NCBI RefSeq assembly: GCF_006345805.1
Contig: NC_043005.1
Span: 93,682,001 to 93,746,000, forward strand
Length of the DNA stretch: 64,000 nucleotides
From: Octopus sinensis
Taxonomy: Eukaryota
Reading direction: 5' to 3'
Of this stretch, positions 27,687 through 42,300 are shown piece by piece. The notes beneath the pieces were generated by a model. The model did not search any database, was not told the DNA's origin, and worked only from the letters and a program-made list of their open reading frames with translations. Every line of letters begins with the position of its first letter. Positions within the stretch are counted from its first letter, which is position 1. Both the position numbers and the translations under genes were made by a program.

Positions 27687-30600
27687 GCAGCAGTGCTGAG
27701 CTTGCAGAATCATTATCACAAAGAACAAAATGCTGAGTAGCATTTCTTTCAGTTTTATGTTCTGTGTTCAAATTCTGCTAAGGTCAACTTTGCTTTTCAC
27801 CCATTTGGGGTTGACGAAATAAGTAACATTTGAGCATTGGGGTCATTGTAATTCAGTGGCCCCTCTCTGAGAATTTCAGGCATTATGCCTGAGCTGGCAG
27901 AATCAGAAATGCTTGGCAGCATTTCGTCACTCTGTATGTTCTGAGTTAAAATTCCTCTCAAGTTGACTTTGCCTTTCATCCTTTCAGAGTTAATAAAATA
28001 AGGTACCAGTCATATATTAGGGTTGATGCAATCGACTAACCCCTACCTCCTTCTAAAACTTGTGTTCTTGTGCTGAAATTCGAAACACCTATTATCATTA
28101 AGCTGCCAGAATTGTTTGCACATCGAACGAAGCGCTCAACAGCATTTCTTCTGGTTGTGTACCCTGTGCCATAATTAGAAAAAGTTGTTGTTGTTGTAAT
28201 AATGAATTGACAGAATCTGTTGCAGAGACAAAATGTCTCAGATCCAATCCCATCAAAATCAATTTTGGCTTTCATTCCTTCTGGATCAATAAAATAAAAT
28301 AGCAGTCAAATACTGGATTTGATATAATATGGACTGGCCACTTCCCTAAAATATGATGTCATGTACCTCTGTGAGAAATTATTATTAGTGGCAGCAGATT
28401 GGCAGAACTATTAGAACATTGGACAAAATGCTTTGCAGTCAATTCAAAAATTAAAATTTATCAACGTATTATATTATATTCTTATAATAAATATTAAATA
28501 CAAATTACATACAATTGTTTCAATTCTTACCCATAATAAAATTATAAAAATCCATATATATATGAATGTGTGTATGTTTGTGTTTTTGTGCTATTATCAC
28601 ATGATAGTTGTAAATAAGTGTGTCCGTCATTTCCAATATTCTGCGCAAACATGTCGGGACTTGGGGAAATGTTACTTGGAAACAGATGAAGGTTAGCAAC
28701 AGGAAGGGCTTATAATGGCCATAGACAATCTGCCTCAACAAATTCCATCTTACCCATGCAAGCATGGAAAAGTAAGATGATGATTAGATATAATGTGTGT
28801 TTAATTTGAATAATATTTTCTCTTTTTTCAATAAAGTGTCGTCAAAGAAGAATCTCTTATACGGGTCCATTAATTGTCACACTTGGCTGGTCCATCGATG
28901 GAGTCAAACAAGAAGCTATTCCTAAACATTTAGGAGACGTTCCAGTTATGGTAAAAGTATGTGATATTCCTGTATTTCGTTTCCCTGATTTACCTCTTTG
29001 TCACCATAATGGGTAGGAGAGGTTTGTAAATTGTATATATTTATGTCCCCACCTCGCTCCTCATCCTTGCTGATACTTTCATTCTCCTTGTATTTAAATA
29101 CTGCTTTTGGTTGAATAGACCCGAAGCACAGTACTTTGCCATACCTTTAGAATCCAATCTAATTACCATTTTTACAAGTCTTCTTGTACTTACCTTTACC
29201 TCTACATTATCAGCCCTCTATTACCAGCTTCTTCTCCTGTTCACTTGGCATTTCTCATCCATTCACATTCTCTAGATGCTGAAACAAAATATTGTTCTCT
29301 CTTTTAAAAGCAGAACATTATTTTGATGGGTTTTGCAAAGCTCAATGTAAGGCATTCACTTATTGGCTGATCACTTAAATGTTGGTGTACTGAAGCATCA
29401 CTAAAGGGACCCCCACCATATGCATTCCTGCGGAATCCCCTGACAACATATATTTAAAATGGTATTTTTATAGATCAAGCATGGCAGTGTCAGTGGTTCA
29501 CGTCTTTCTGTTCGCAAAACGCAGGCTTTCTCCAATGTAGACTAAATGTTTGATATGTCAGACGAGTCAGAAAGTAACGATGATTGTCTGGATAGTGGAA
29601 ATGATGTTGATTTGTGTTGTTGTTGTTGTTGTTATAATTCTGATACTGATTCAGATGAGAAGCACAAGACATGTTTAAGTCATGTGGATATTGAGGCTGT
29701 GTATGAGTATGGCAGTGCTGAGTGTAGTAACAGAAATGAGTTGCAGAGGGATAATGATACCTCTGTTAATGCAGATGATGTCTCTGCGGATAATTTGATG
29801 CATGTAATTAACTTGAAAATAACAAATCTCCTGTTATAAATGATTTTGTTGACCAAGATTGACCAGAATGGACACTAGCTAAAGCTAGGCCTGATGATTT
29901 TTATTCATTTATTTTTTTGGCTGCTATTAGTGTTGGGCCTTCAGTTTAAGATTATCTTGGGACAGAAACCAATAAATATTTCACCTACTGTATGGGAAGT
30001 GTGGAACAACTTCAAAAGCATTCCAAAATGTAGGCAAAGCGGCCGAGCACCTTTCAAACGTGGGCCTCACGGAGGCAATGACTAAGACCTTTGGCATTAT
30101 TTCGTGCTTGAGAAGAAGACCCATCAAGCCGAGCAAAATTGCAGTTGTGGCACATAAAAGCACCTATTACACTCTCAGAGTGGTTGGTATTAGGAAGGGC
30201 ATCCAGCCGTATAAACCATGCAAAATCAGACTGGATCCTGGTGCAGCCTTGCAGCATGCCAACCCAATCAAACCATTCAACCTATGACTGCATGGACAAT
30301 GGATGTTAAATGAGGATGATGATGGTCTTTGACAACCATTGATGTTTGAGAAAAAGACAAGCATTTGTCAGTTTGCTTTTGAATATGGGATACTGTGTTT
30401 TAAGCAAATTTTCTGAAAATTCACCCACACCACAGGATTTAAAAAATTGAATGAGTTAACTGACGTAGTAGTAGACTTAATTTGTAATTAGTAGACTTAA
30501 TTGATGGGGAAGATTTAATTTACTTTGAGAAAAATACAAATGTCACAACTTCCTGTTTCTGTTACTAATTTTAAAACTTTGTATCTAATAAAATATCTAT

Positions 30601-33600
30601 TTTTTGTTGCAGTCTAATATTTGTAACTTAAAGAATTTAACACCAACTGAACTTGTTCAGAAAGGAGAAGAAGCAGAGGTATGGGAACATTTTAAAAGAA
30701 TATCATTTTCATGTTTTGTAGTTTGGTTCTGTGTTATGTCTCTGGCAAAGATATTTAATTTTGTGTGTTACTTCTATTTAACTGTATCTGTAAGGCTGTT
30801 GTGGGTAGCGAGGGACCAACTCTAGCTTGTGCTGAGCTACAGTCTTTATGTGGCTGTGTAGTTAAACAGTTCACTTCCCAACCACATGGTTTCAGGTTCA
30901 GCCCTCTGCGTAGCACTTTGGGCAAGTGTCTTCCACTATAGACCCGAGCCTGTTGTGAGTGGATTTAATAGATGGAAACTAAAAGAAGCCTATTGTGTGT
31001 GCGTATTAGGCTAAATCTCAAAGATGTGAGAATAAGTTTCAAAAAATTTCTAGGCCATAAAAGTAACGACACAAGAAAAATATTATAGACTAATTTGGTT
31101 AAATGAAGCTGGAGGGTAAAGAGTCGAATGTATAATATTAGATGTCTAGTGAAAGGTTGAGCAGAAGGAAACAAAGAGATCATTTGGATATTAAAATGAT
31201 TAGACATTATGTGCGAAAGAAATGGTTTCACTGGTATAGACATGTCTTGTGGATGGTTTGCATCTGCAAAATGAGAAAGTGTTGATGGAATGAGACAAAT
31301 GGACACAACTGTTTGGGTTCTGATGATTTAGCACAGCTGACTGGACGTTTGGCCAATTATGGTGACTGTGCTTTCTGGTACCAGAGGCAAAGACACAGAT
31401 CTATGCATACAGGTAGAAAGAGTGAGAGAGCAAGTTATCACAGTTTATTAAATGAACACAACATAAACACTTGCCCTCTTCTCATCCACATAAAAAAGCA
31501 ATAAGGCTCACATGTATAAACAAAAGGAGAGGGAAACAGTAAAACAGTGGAAGTCAAATAAGTGAATGGCACCAAATAGGTGATGCCAAAACAGCTGTGC
31601 CAAAATGTCTCACACCTTAGATTTGTACATCATCATTATCGTCATTTAACATTTGTTTTCCATGCTGCAATGAGTTGGAACTGGTAAGGCCAAGGGCTGC
31701 ACCAGGTTCCTTAGTCTGTTTTGGCATAGTTTCTTCAGCTGGATGCCCTTCCTAACACCAAGCACTCTACAGAGTGTACCATCATTTTTAATGTCCGCTT
31801 TCCATGCTGGTATGTGTTGGACGGTTTGACATGGAGTTCGTTGTCTGTTGTGGCATGGTTTCTATGACTGAATGCCTTTCTTAATGCCTACCACTTAACA
31901 GAGTGTGCTGGGTGCTTTTATGCAGTAGTGGCACATGAGCTTTTCAAGTGGCACCAACATCCCGACATCTAAAATGACAAACTTATATAAATGAAGGACA
32001 GCAGTTTTCCTTAGCTTGATCTGTCTTATCAAGTACAGCAAATTGCGACATCTTCCACTCCCTTGTCATTTCCTCAGTGTGGCCCAGCTTCTAAAGATCC
32101 TTTCTCACCGCTTGTCCCATGTCTTCCTGGGTCTACCCCTTCCATAGGTTCCCTCCACAATTAGAGCTTGGTACTTCTTCATGAAGCTGTCCTCATCCAT
32201 ATGCATCACCTGACCAAACCAGTGCAGTCTTCACTCCTGCACACATCTGATGCCTCTTACACCCAGGTTTTGTCTTAAACCATTTACACTCTGCCATGTG
32301 CATGCACACTGACATTAGCCGTCCAGCAGAACATGCTGGCTTCATTTCTTTCAAGCCTTTACAAGTCTTCTGTAGTTAAAAGCCTTTGTTTCACTGCCAT
32401 GTAACATAGCTGTATGTACACAGGCATCATGCAATCTACCTTTTACTATGAGAGCGCGGCCCTTACAAACGTAGAAGCTCCCTGAACTTTGCCTAGCCCA
32501 TTCTTATCCTAGCAACTACACTTTCAGAACTTCCTCCACTTAACTTGGCACCATCTCCAATTCATTTTACCTGTTACCTTGGTATTAGGATATCAGTTCT
32601 GTTGCGGTGGGCAGGTCTTCTTGAGTGCAGCAATACGCCACATATCTTGGTCATCAGTCACCTTCTTCTTGATAAGGAAAATTAAAATGTGCCCTTTATA
32701 TTACCCTTATAGAAAAATGCAGTTTACTTCAAGAAAAAAAATTTATTTTTCATTTACAGGAAGCTGGTGGATATTTCATAATTAATGGGATTGAAAAAGT
32801 TGTGCGTTTAATTGTTGAAGTACGAAAAAATCATGTAAGTACTGTGCAATCCTCTTATTTGCTGTGTTAAATGTACTTCATCTAAAACTGTTTGTTTCTT
32901 CTGTCCTTACCTCATTATGTTTTCAATGTGTTTTATGTGAACACGATCTATAATACCATACATCCTGAAAGTGCTAACGCTACTCCTGATGTACCGATGT
33001 ACCCATGCCTCTTCATATTTCTTGTACACTTCCCTTTTCTGTTTTTTTCTGTTTACTATGCATCTGTGTAAAGCCTTCATTGCTGTCTTTCTTAACTTGG
33101 CTTTATGGCTGTTGTCATCATCTTCATTTAGCATCCATTGTCCATGCTGGCATGGGTTGGATTGGTTGACCAGAGCTGGTAAGCTGAGGGGCTGCACCAG
33201 ACTCCAGTCTGCTTGACATGGTTTCTACGACTGGATGCCCTTCCTTACACCAACCACTCTGAGAGTGTAATAGGTGCATTTACGTGCCACCGATACAGGT
33301 ACCAGTTACATGACACCAGTATCTGTTGTCTGTCCTCGATTTCTTTTATCCGTTTCTGACAACCTGTGGTGTACCTGAGCATTGTTTACAACTAGCACCT
33401 CCTCATCATTGGCATCAGTGTCTTTAAGGCAGCGAGCTGGCAGAATTGTTAGCATGCCAGGCAATATGCTTAGTGGCAGTTTGTCCGTCTTTACATTCTG
33501 AGTTCAAATTCTGCCATGGTCATCCTTTCAGTGTTGATGAAATAATTACCAGTTATGTACTGGGGTTGATAGCCCCTCCCCTCAAATTTCAGGCCTTGTG

Positions 33601-36347
33601 CCTACAGTAGAAAGGATTATTATTGTTATTATTTTGCTTGTTCCTGTGTGTATATATATATATATATGGAGAGAAAGAGGAGGAAGGGAGACCAACAAAG
33701 AAACAAAATGAGAATAGCTGAATCAGTGAAAAAAATAGAAAGGGAAAATATGAAAGAGAGAGCAGGAAGGTCTACATTATAAGAGAATGTGGTTTTTATT
33801 AGAAAAAAGTGAGGGAGAGGAATGTCTATTATTAGAAAGAGCGAGGGGAGAAGGAGGTGTATATTATTCTGCATTCATGTGTTAAAATTGCAGGTACAAT
33901 TGAAATGTTAAACATAGTGAAAGAGTGTCGTGAAGATTTATAAATTCATGCTTTACAAGATATATCAAGCGATAGTGAAATTAAAGTGAAATGACCTTAG
34001 CAAATAGCTGTGGAAATGACCTTCGTAAATAGCTGTGTTCCAGACTAAAACCTGTGGCCATGCTTGGACATCACTGTATTATTTTTGCTGTTAGGTTTAA
34101 ATGCTTATCAGTATTATGAAAGTAGACAAATACCTTCATTGACTGAAGGGAAAGTTGATATGATTGTTACTGAGACAGACATGTCAGTAGGTTGGTGCAC
34201 CTACTGATGCAAATAGAAAAATATATAATAGATATACAAGTGTTCATCATCATCATCATCATCGTTTAACGTCCGCTTTCCATGCTACATGGGTTGGACG
34301 GTTCAACTGGGGTCTGGCAAGCCCGAAGGCTGCACCAGGCCAGTCAGATCTGGCAGTGTTTCTACAGCTGGATGCCCTTCCTAATGCCAACCACTCTGAG
34401 AGTGTAGTGGGTGATTTTATGTTGCGAGGGTAAATCTAGAATTTTATTAATCTCGGGTAGATTTATGCCATTCATATTGCATTCAGTTCACACAGTCTGT
34501 AAAGTGTTTTATGTGATCACAGACTCTGCCTTTTTCATAATAAATATTTGAATTGGTTCATGTTTTGTATTTCTGTTTATGTGTGTGTGTCACATACAGT
34601 TTATATAGTCTTGTCAGTAAGTGAGCTCATACTCTTTCATATGTACATATAACTATATGAAATATAGTTTGTATTTATTTACTCTGTAAATATGTAATTA
34701 AGATTGTAAATAATAAACATTTAATCTATATATATATATATATAATGTTTTACCTTTCTAATTCATTTTTTTATTTCCTTAAACTCTAAAGCACATCATA
34801 TCTGTCAAATGTATTACAAAGTAAATAAGCAATACATTCGAAATTCATTTCAATTATATTTAAAAGCAGTTTTGAAACTCCTTGTTTGTGTTTAATATAC
34901 TAACATTATGTTTTCAAATGTGCTGGCTTATACTGTGGAATTTCCCTCCCTGGGTCCTGCTAGTTATTATTAAACAAATTTCCTTGTTTTATTGTGATAC
35001 AAGTCTTTCCACTACTCTGTCACATTTACCTCACATATTGTAATATCTCTTAGGAGAATCACTTCTTGATGACTCTGTTCTGTCACATGAAACATTTCTC
35101 TTTGCTCTAACATACATTACTAACTGAAGGAAGCTGTTTGGTACCTCTTAAAGGTTCTTATGATCATCTTCATCTATCTCTACAGCATTAGCTACAAGTC
35201 CCAGATTCCTTCACTATCTATCAACTGTCCTTACCTGGCCAGTAAAATAAGTAATATTTTCCCGGATAGGAGACCAAGTTACTGAATATTGGAATATTCA
35301 GATGTTCAGAAAAGTATAAAAATGTGTAAATAAAAAAGAGTCCACGAAAGACAAGGGAGAGGAAATGAAATAAGGACAGCTACTGGTAATGATAATCTAT
35401 CGTATTAGAAAGTGTTTCTTACAACTGGTGAGGTTGTGCACTAGTTTCCAACTCAGTTGTGACAAATACCAGCACGACTAAGGCTAACAGTTTTCTGATT
35501 TTATATCTGTTGTCAGCTCATTGTTTGAATACTCTAACATTTCTGTTCTTTTTAGGTACTTCTTTATCAAATAAGGATTAACTGAAATTAATTGAGTATC
35601 ACTGGTATTATATTAAAACATAACAGAATTTGTATTCATCTCATTCCTTTATAGCCTTTATGCATAAAACAACCATCATTGAAGAAAGGCGGAGAGCTTT
35701 TCACTGAATATGCTTTGAAAATAAGATGTCAGAAACCAAATGGCTTTTCAAGGGTATGACAATATTTTGATTTTGTTTAGTAAGTGGTGAGTGAGTCATT
35801 AACATACTGGTATTCCAATTTACTGGTAACATTTTCATAGCTACCATATTATATTCTGAAGACAATTACATTACCTGGTTATCATCACTCAGTCTTTAAA
35901 CAAAGGGAAATATCATCAAGGTTTTCTACCCTAAATGGTTGGTCAGGAAATGAACATTAAGTTGTAAAATAGAAAAAGCATCTGTGCATATTGCCATGCA
36001 TTTTAGAAGTTGACATAGAAGCATGTGGTTTGGTATTCAGCTTCTCTGCACAACACTATGAGAAAGTGTCTTCTACTGGGCCAACCTAGGCCTTCTGAGT
36101 GAATTTGGCATTATAGCTATTAGGCCCCCATGATGATGACGGTTTGTGTAGGACCTGCACTCTTTGGAAATATTGATAGCAGAAAGTTGGTGCCAATGTT
36201 TATCACAAACTCAATGAACAACATACCACAGGCTTTTCTATTAATTCTCCATCTCTTGGTTAATTGCTTTCGCTACAGCTTAGAACCCAACCCACCCTGG
36301 TAGGCTAAATATCTACCTAGGCACCAAACCCCAAATTTCTAAGTCCT

Positions 36348-36395
<48 letters not shown>

Positions 36396-39300
36396 TTAAC
36401 TGTCACCAGATAAGTAAAGCACTGCTGGTGTTGACATTCTTTGTTGCTTTGAACATTTGAAGACTTGTGGAAAATCCTTTATCTGAAAACCCAAATGAAA
36501 GTTCATGACAGGAAGAGCTTCATGCTATAAAATTCTGCTCAAAAATCAATTTCCTGTCCAAGCCAGGTTAACAGAAAACCAGGCATTAAACAAACACACA
36601 CATAAAATATTGGTCATGTTAAAAGAAGCAATAACTGGAGTCTGCCATTGAAATTTTCTGCTTTTAAAATAAGTCTGTTCCTTATTATCGAAATATTCTC
36701 CTGTACTACTCAAGAATTAATGATTTTTAGCTATATATAATTTATTTTAACAAATTCAATGTTCTGTTGTTGAAGAGGAGAGCAGCATTTGGTTTTAGCT
36801 AACACCATCTCTTGGAAGTAATGTAAGTAAAGTTATTCATTCATTAGCCCTAACGTTATCATCACCATCATTGTCTTGATGTCCACTTTTCCACACTTGT
36901 ATGAGTTGGACAATTTGTTGAGGCAGATTTTCTATAACTGATGCCCTCAACTGTTTCCTAGCAAAGTATTATTTCCTCATATGACAGACTGGACATGAAG
37001 GATACTGTGTTGATCATCATCAACTTCAATTAGCATCTGTTTTCCATGCTGGTATGGGTTAGACGGTTTGACTGGTGCTTTCTATGTGTTATTGGCCCGG
37101 TCACAACTAAGCTTGATGTGTCTTCTCAAGCACAGCAAATCACCAAAAGTCTTTGGTCACTTGTTATTGCTTCTGTGAGACTCAACATTCAAAGATCATA
37201 TTTTACCACCTCATCCCATATCTTCCTGGGTCTACCTCTTTCACAAGTCCCTTCCCCAGTTAGAGGTTGTCACTTCTTTATGCAGCTGTCTTCATCCATA
37301 TGCATCACATGGCCAAACTAGTGCAATCTTCTTTCTTGCATGCAACATCTGATGCTTCTTGTACCCAATTTATCTCTTGAGACACACTTTGTCATGCATG
37401 CACACTGACATTGCACATCCAACAAAACATACTAGCATCATTTCTTTCAAACCTTCGCATGTCCTCTGCAGTTACAGCCCATGTTCCACTGCCATGTAGC
37501 ATGGTTGTTCGTACACAGGCATCATGCAATCTGGCTTTCACTCTGAAGGAGAGGCCCTTTGTTGCCAACAAATGTAGCAGCTCTCTGAACTTTGCCCAGC
37601 CTATTCTTATTCTAGCATCTATGCTCCAAGAGCAACCCCTTTCGCTGCTGATTTGGTTGCCTAGGTAATGGAAGCTATCTATTACTTCAAGACAAGGACA
37701 CACACACACCCACATGCATATAATATGTGTGTGAATGTCATCATTATCATCATTTATCTTCCATGATTGCATGGGTCAAACAGAATTTGTTGAGGCTGGA
37801 TGCCCTTCCTGTTGCCAACCCTTACCTGTTCGTAAGCAAGGCAATTTTTCTCCCTCTGGGCTAGACTTTTTTTTCATGGAAGACTGGAAACAAACAACCT
37901 TGCTTTTAAGGTGATGATGTTCATTTACAACTATCATATGATGTCTGGGCATCGGTGCCCCTCCCCCACCTCCCAACACGTTTACAACAAGTTTCTTTCT
38001 GTCTACCAAATCCAAATCCACTCAGAAGGCTTTGGTTGACCTGAGAATATACTAGAAGACACTTGTCCAAGATTCCAAACAATGCAACTGGACCCGAAAC
38101 CTCATGGTTAGGAAGCATGCACAGTCATACCTGCTATTACATTTTCTAATTAGATATGGTGTATTTGCATAAATTACTTTGTTGGTAGATCTTGATGTTG
38201 TATGTGTGACTAGCATCATTTGTATATCTTCACATATGTTTCTCACAGATACCTCTGTCTCTTAACACCTACCAAATGTTTGAATATAGAAACTGATTTC
38301 TTTTTTTTTTTAATAATGATACACACCCAAGCAGCCAATTGAGTGTTAGGAAATGACAAAATGTATTACTGTCAGAAACCAACTACCAAAAGTAAAAGGA
38401 ATGGACCACACACCACCTGGCCCAAAACGGAGGTACGCAGATGTGGTGCGTGCTACAAACCGCCAACATGTTATTGAAAGGGCAGCTGCTGAACAAGAAT
38501 CTTTTTTGTGCATGGCACAAAAGATTGTACAGCAGCTAACCTGGCTCCATCAAACTCAAACTCGCAGATGGGACTATCCACAATACACAAGACCGCCACA
38601 GCAAATAGACCCAAGGTGGACACCGCCGGCAACAGTATACACCTCACCTCGATGCTCCTACTGAACATCAGAGGACTGCTAACACTCAGTAATAGGACAA
38701 AAATCCTGTTCTTGAGAGACTTTGTTGCATGCAATCAAGCCTTATGCATAGCACTTACGGAAACACACCTGAAACCGGACATAGCAGGATGCGGAAATAC
38801 ACATACCACAGTATGTTGTACTACGGACCGACAGAAAAGAAAGGAGTCATGGAGGAGTTGCTATGTACATCCGTGAGGACCTCACACCCCAGATCCTTCT
38901 GTCATACTCAAACTCGGTGTGTGACATACTAATTGTACATATAAGGCAACTTGGTGTAGTTATATGTGCTAAATATCACCCTCCAGATGCCCCAAGCCAT
39001 GTAGGCAAGTTTGAAGACTGCCTTATAAAAATAGAAGAAGTTCTAGTCACATTAGAACAACACATAAGTGTACTTCTTATGGGAGACTTCAATCTACCCA
39101 ATGTCAGATGGCCCGAGGGCCTTTCTCTCCCAGGAATGACACGATGTGAACGAGGACAGGCAAGGTCCCTCCTGAACCTCATCAACATTCTGTACATGGA
39201 GCAAGTAATACTCCAACCAACCAGGGCAGGTAACATACTGGATCTCTGCTTCACAAATAATATGGATCTCGTCCATAATGTGAAAGTGATGCCGACACTA

Positions 39301-42300
39301 CTCTCGGATCACAACATGGTAGAGCTGACCATGTACGGGCCAAAGGAAAGCATGGACATGCAGCCTACAAGAAACTCTCAGAATCTTTCCAGCTTGAACT
39401 TCCATAAGGCAAACTGGAAACAAATTGAGAAAGAGATCCTCAAACAAAACTGGCCTGAATGTCTATCCTCGCCAGACATCGACATGAAACTTCAACAATT
39501 CATGTCTGTAATGCAAGCCATATGCTACAAATGTGTCCCAGAGAGAAAGGCCACTGTACACAAGAGCAAAATCCCTAGAGAGAGGAAAATTCTAATGAGA
39601 CGGCGTACAAAAGTTTCAAATCGCCTAAACAAACAAATTGAAAGCAGTGAAAAGTCCCGCCTGAAAATAAAACTTTTGGAAATTGAAAAATGTCTGCAAC
39701 TCTCCCATGAAAAAGATGGAGCAGACAAAGAAGCCTGGGCTATATACAACATAAAATCTAACCCCAGAGCTTTCTACAGGTATGCCAAAGAAACAGCTAC
39801 AGTTCACTGTAGGATAGGGCCACTCATTGAAAAGGATGGCACACTCACAGGAAATCCAACGAGGGTAAGTGAAATACTAAATGAGCAATTCAAGGGTATT
39901 TTCACTCCACCCCTAGGGCATTTTCAAGTCAGCAATCCAACTGACTTCTTTACCACTGCAGATATAAAATCAGAGGCAGCGATGATTGATTACATCAATA
40001 TAAAGGAAGACGATGTAATAAAGGCTATTGATGAAATGAAAACAAACTCAGCTACTGGCCCCGATGGATTCCCAGCAATCCTTCTAAAAGTATGTAAGAG
40101 AGTCTTAGCAAGACCACTGCAGTTCCTCTTTCAGAGCTTCCTTGCAACTGGCAAACTTCCAAGAAAACTGAAGGAAGGTAAAATATGCCCTATTCATAAA
40201 GGAGGTAGCAGAGCGGAGGCCAAGAACTACAGACCTATCTCTCTGACCTCACACATCAGCAAGGTCGTGGAACGAATAGTCAGAAGGAAACTAATCACCT
40301 TCCTTGAAGAAAATGACTTGCTGCCTGACACCCAACATGGTTTCCGACCAGGAAGAAGCTGCTTAACTCAGCTCCTACAACACTATGACCAGGTGCTGAA
40401 ACGACTGCTCAACCACTCACATGTAGAAGTCATGTATCTCGACTTTGCAAAGGCCTTTGATAAAGTCGATCATGGAATGATATGTCACAAACTGCGTTGG
40501 AAAACTGGGAGAATGGCTTCATGACTTTCTGAAGGATAGAAGTCAGGTGATAGTAGCCAACTTCCATTAACACGCACATAGTGAGCGGTGTTCCGCAAGG
40601 CACTGTTCTGGGACCACTACTGTTCATAATGGCCCTCTCAGACATGCCCTCAGCCACGCAGAGAGCCACGATCACAAGTTATGCAGATGATACAAAAGTT
40701 TCACAGGCAATACAGAACCCTGAAGACACTAAGCACCTGCAATGTGAGCTGGACAAAATATACAAGTGGGCTGAAAAGAATAGCATGCAGTTCAATGCTG
40801 AAAAGTTTCAAGCTTTATACTATCAGCATGCAAAACTAAATGCAATACCCAATAAATACACTGGACCTGGAGGGATTGCAATCCCAGAGGCACAATCAGT
40901 GTGAGACCTGGGTATTTACATGAATGATGATGCAACCTTTCATGTGGATGTTGCTAAATTAGCAATGAAATGTAGGCCGCTGACCGGATGGATTCTTAGA
41001 ACCTTTAGAACAAGAGACCAGGAAACCATGATGGTCCTCTGGAGGACACTTGTCCTAAGCCACTTTGACTATTACTCTCAGCTATGGTCACCATCCGGTG
41101 TCAAGTTAATCACAGAACTTGAGGTGATCCAACAAAGTTACACGAAGAAGATAGCCTCTGTGCAGCATATAAGCTATTGGGAAAGATTCAAGAGATTGAG
41201 GCTCTATTCCTTAGAGCGTAGGCGAGAAAGATATGCCATAATATACATCTGGAAGATCCTAGAAGGACTTGTCCCAAATTTTGGCATCGAGAGTTACACA
41301 AATGCCAGAACTGGGCACCACAGCGTGGTGCCTAGGACTCCAAATTTGCCATCAAGATGTAGGACAAGATACTGTGATAGCCTGGGCTTCCGAGGCCCAC
41401 AGCTCTTCAATATCCCCCCGAAGAACCTAAGAGACCTGCATGGGGTGGGTGCAGATGTCTTTAAAATGAAACTGAATCTCTTCTTGTCAGGTGTCCCAGA
41501 TGAACCAACTTCACGGCAGGAGGTGCAGATGAGGGCAGCTGCATCGAACTCTCTCATGCACCAGATGGCATTTGCTAAAAAGCATTCGTGAAGTAAAATC
41601 ATGTAGCAACACCAAATGGCAGTGCCCCAGCTTGGCCACAGCTTGTGAGCTGAAACTAAATAAAATAAAATAAAAAAAATAAAAATACTGTATTTATTCC
41701 AGTTCATTGTGTTCTGTGTTCAAATGTTGCTGAGGTCAACTTCACCTTTTCATCTTCCAGGGTTGTTAAATAATGTATCGCCAGTCCAGTGTGATAGACT
41801 TGTGGAAACATTCAAGTATTAGACCAGATGTCATGCAGTATTTGTATCCAACCCATTGCATTCTGAGTTCAAATCCTGCCATGTTCTACTTGGGTGGTAG
41901 ACTTAATTCATTACTTGATTTTTAATGCCACCACTTGGCACCTTTGGCTGTCACCACTCTGTTGATAGCATTTGGACTAAGTCTCTCATTGGAGGATACC
42001 TTAATCCTACCAATACCATGAACACTACTTTCCCCACTCACTGAAAGGTCAAAACAAAAAAAAAAGCCCACTAACTTTACTTGATGAGGAATTTAGTTAT
42101 CATTTGGTTTTGTTGGTGCAAATTATTTCTTTTGATATAGCTTGGTGTGGAGTATTATTAAACTCAAAACCTGTGACATTATTAAGCCATGTAATTTCTC
42201 AAATTGTTAACGTGGAATCTGCTAATCACTGTTTTATCTTTTCCTTTTCAGGAATTGACTTTTCACTATCTCAGCAATGGTTGTGTCCAAGTTTCATTCC

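Noticed and set aside
29546-29839. Acidic ORF MFDMSDESES...CCCCCC as a host exon
   Set aside because: Low complexity, with no splice-phase fit or homology to RPA2. It is more like a transposase N-terminal relic, but there is too little to classify.
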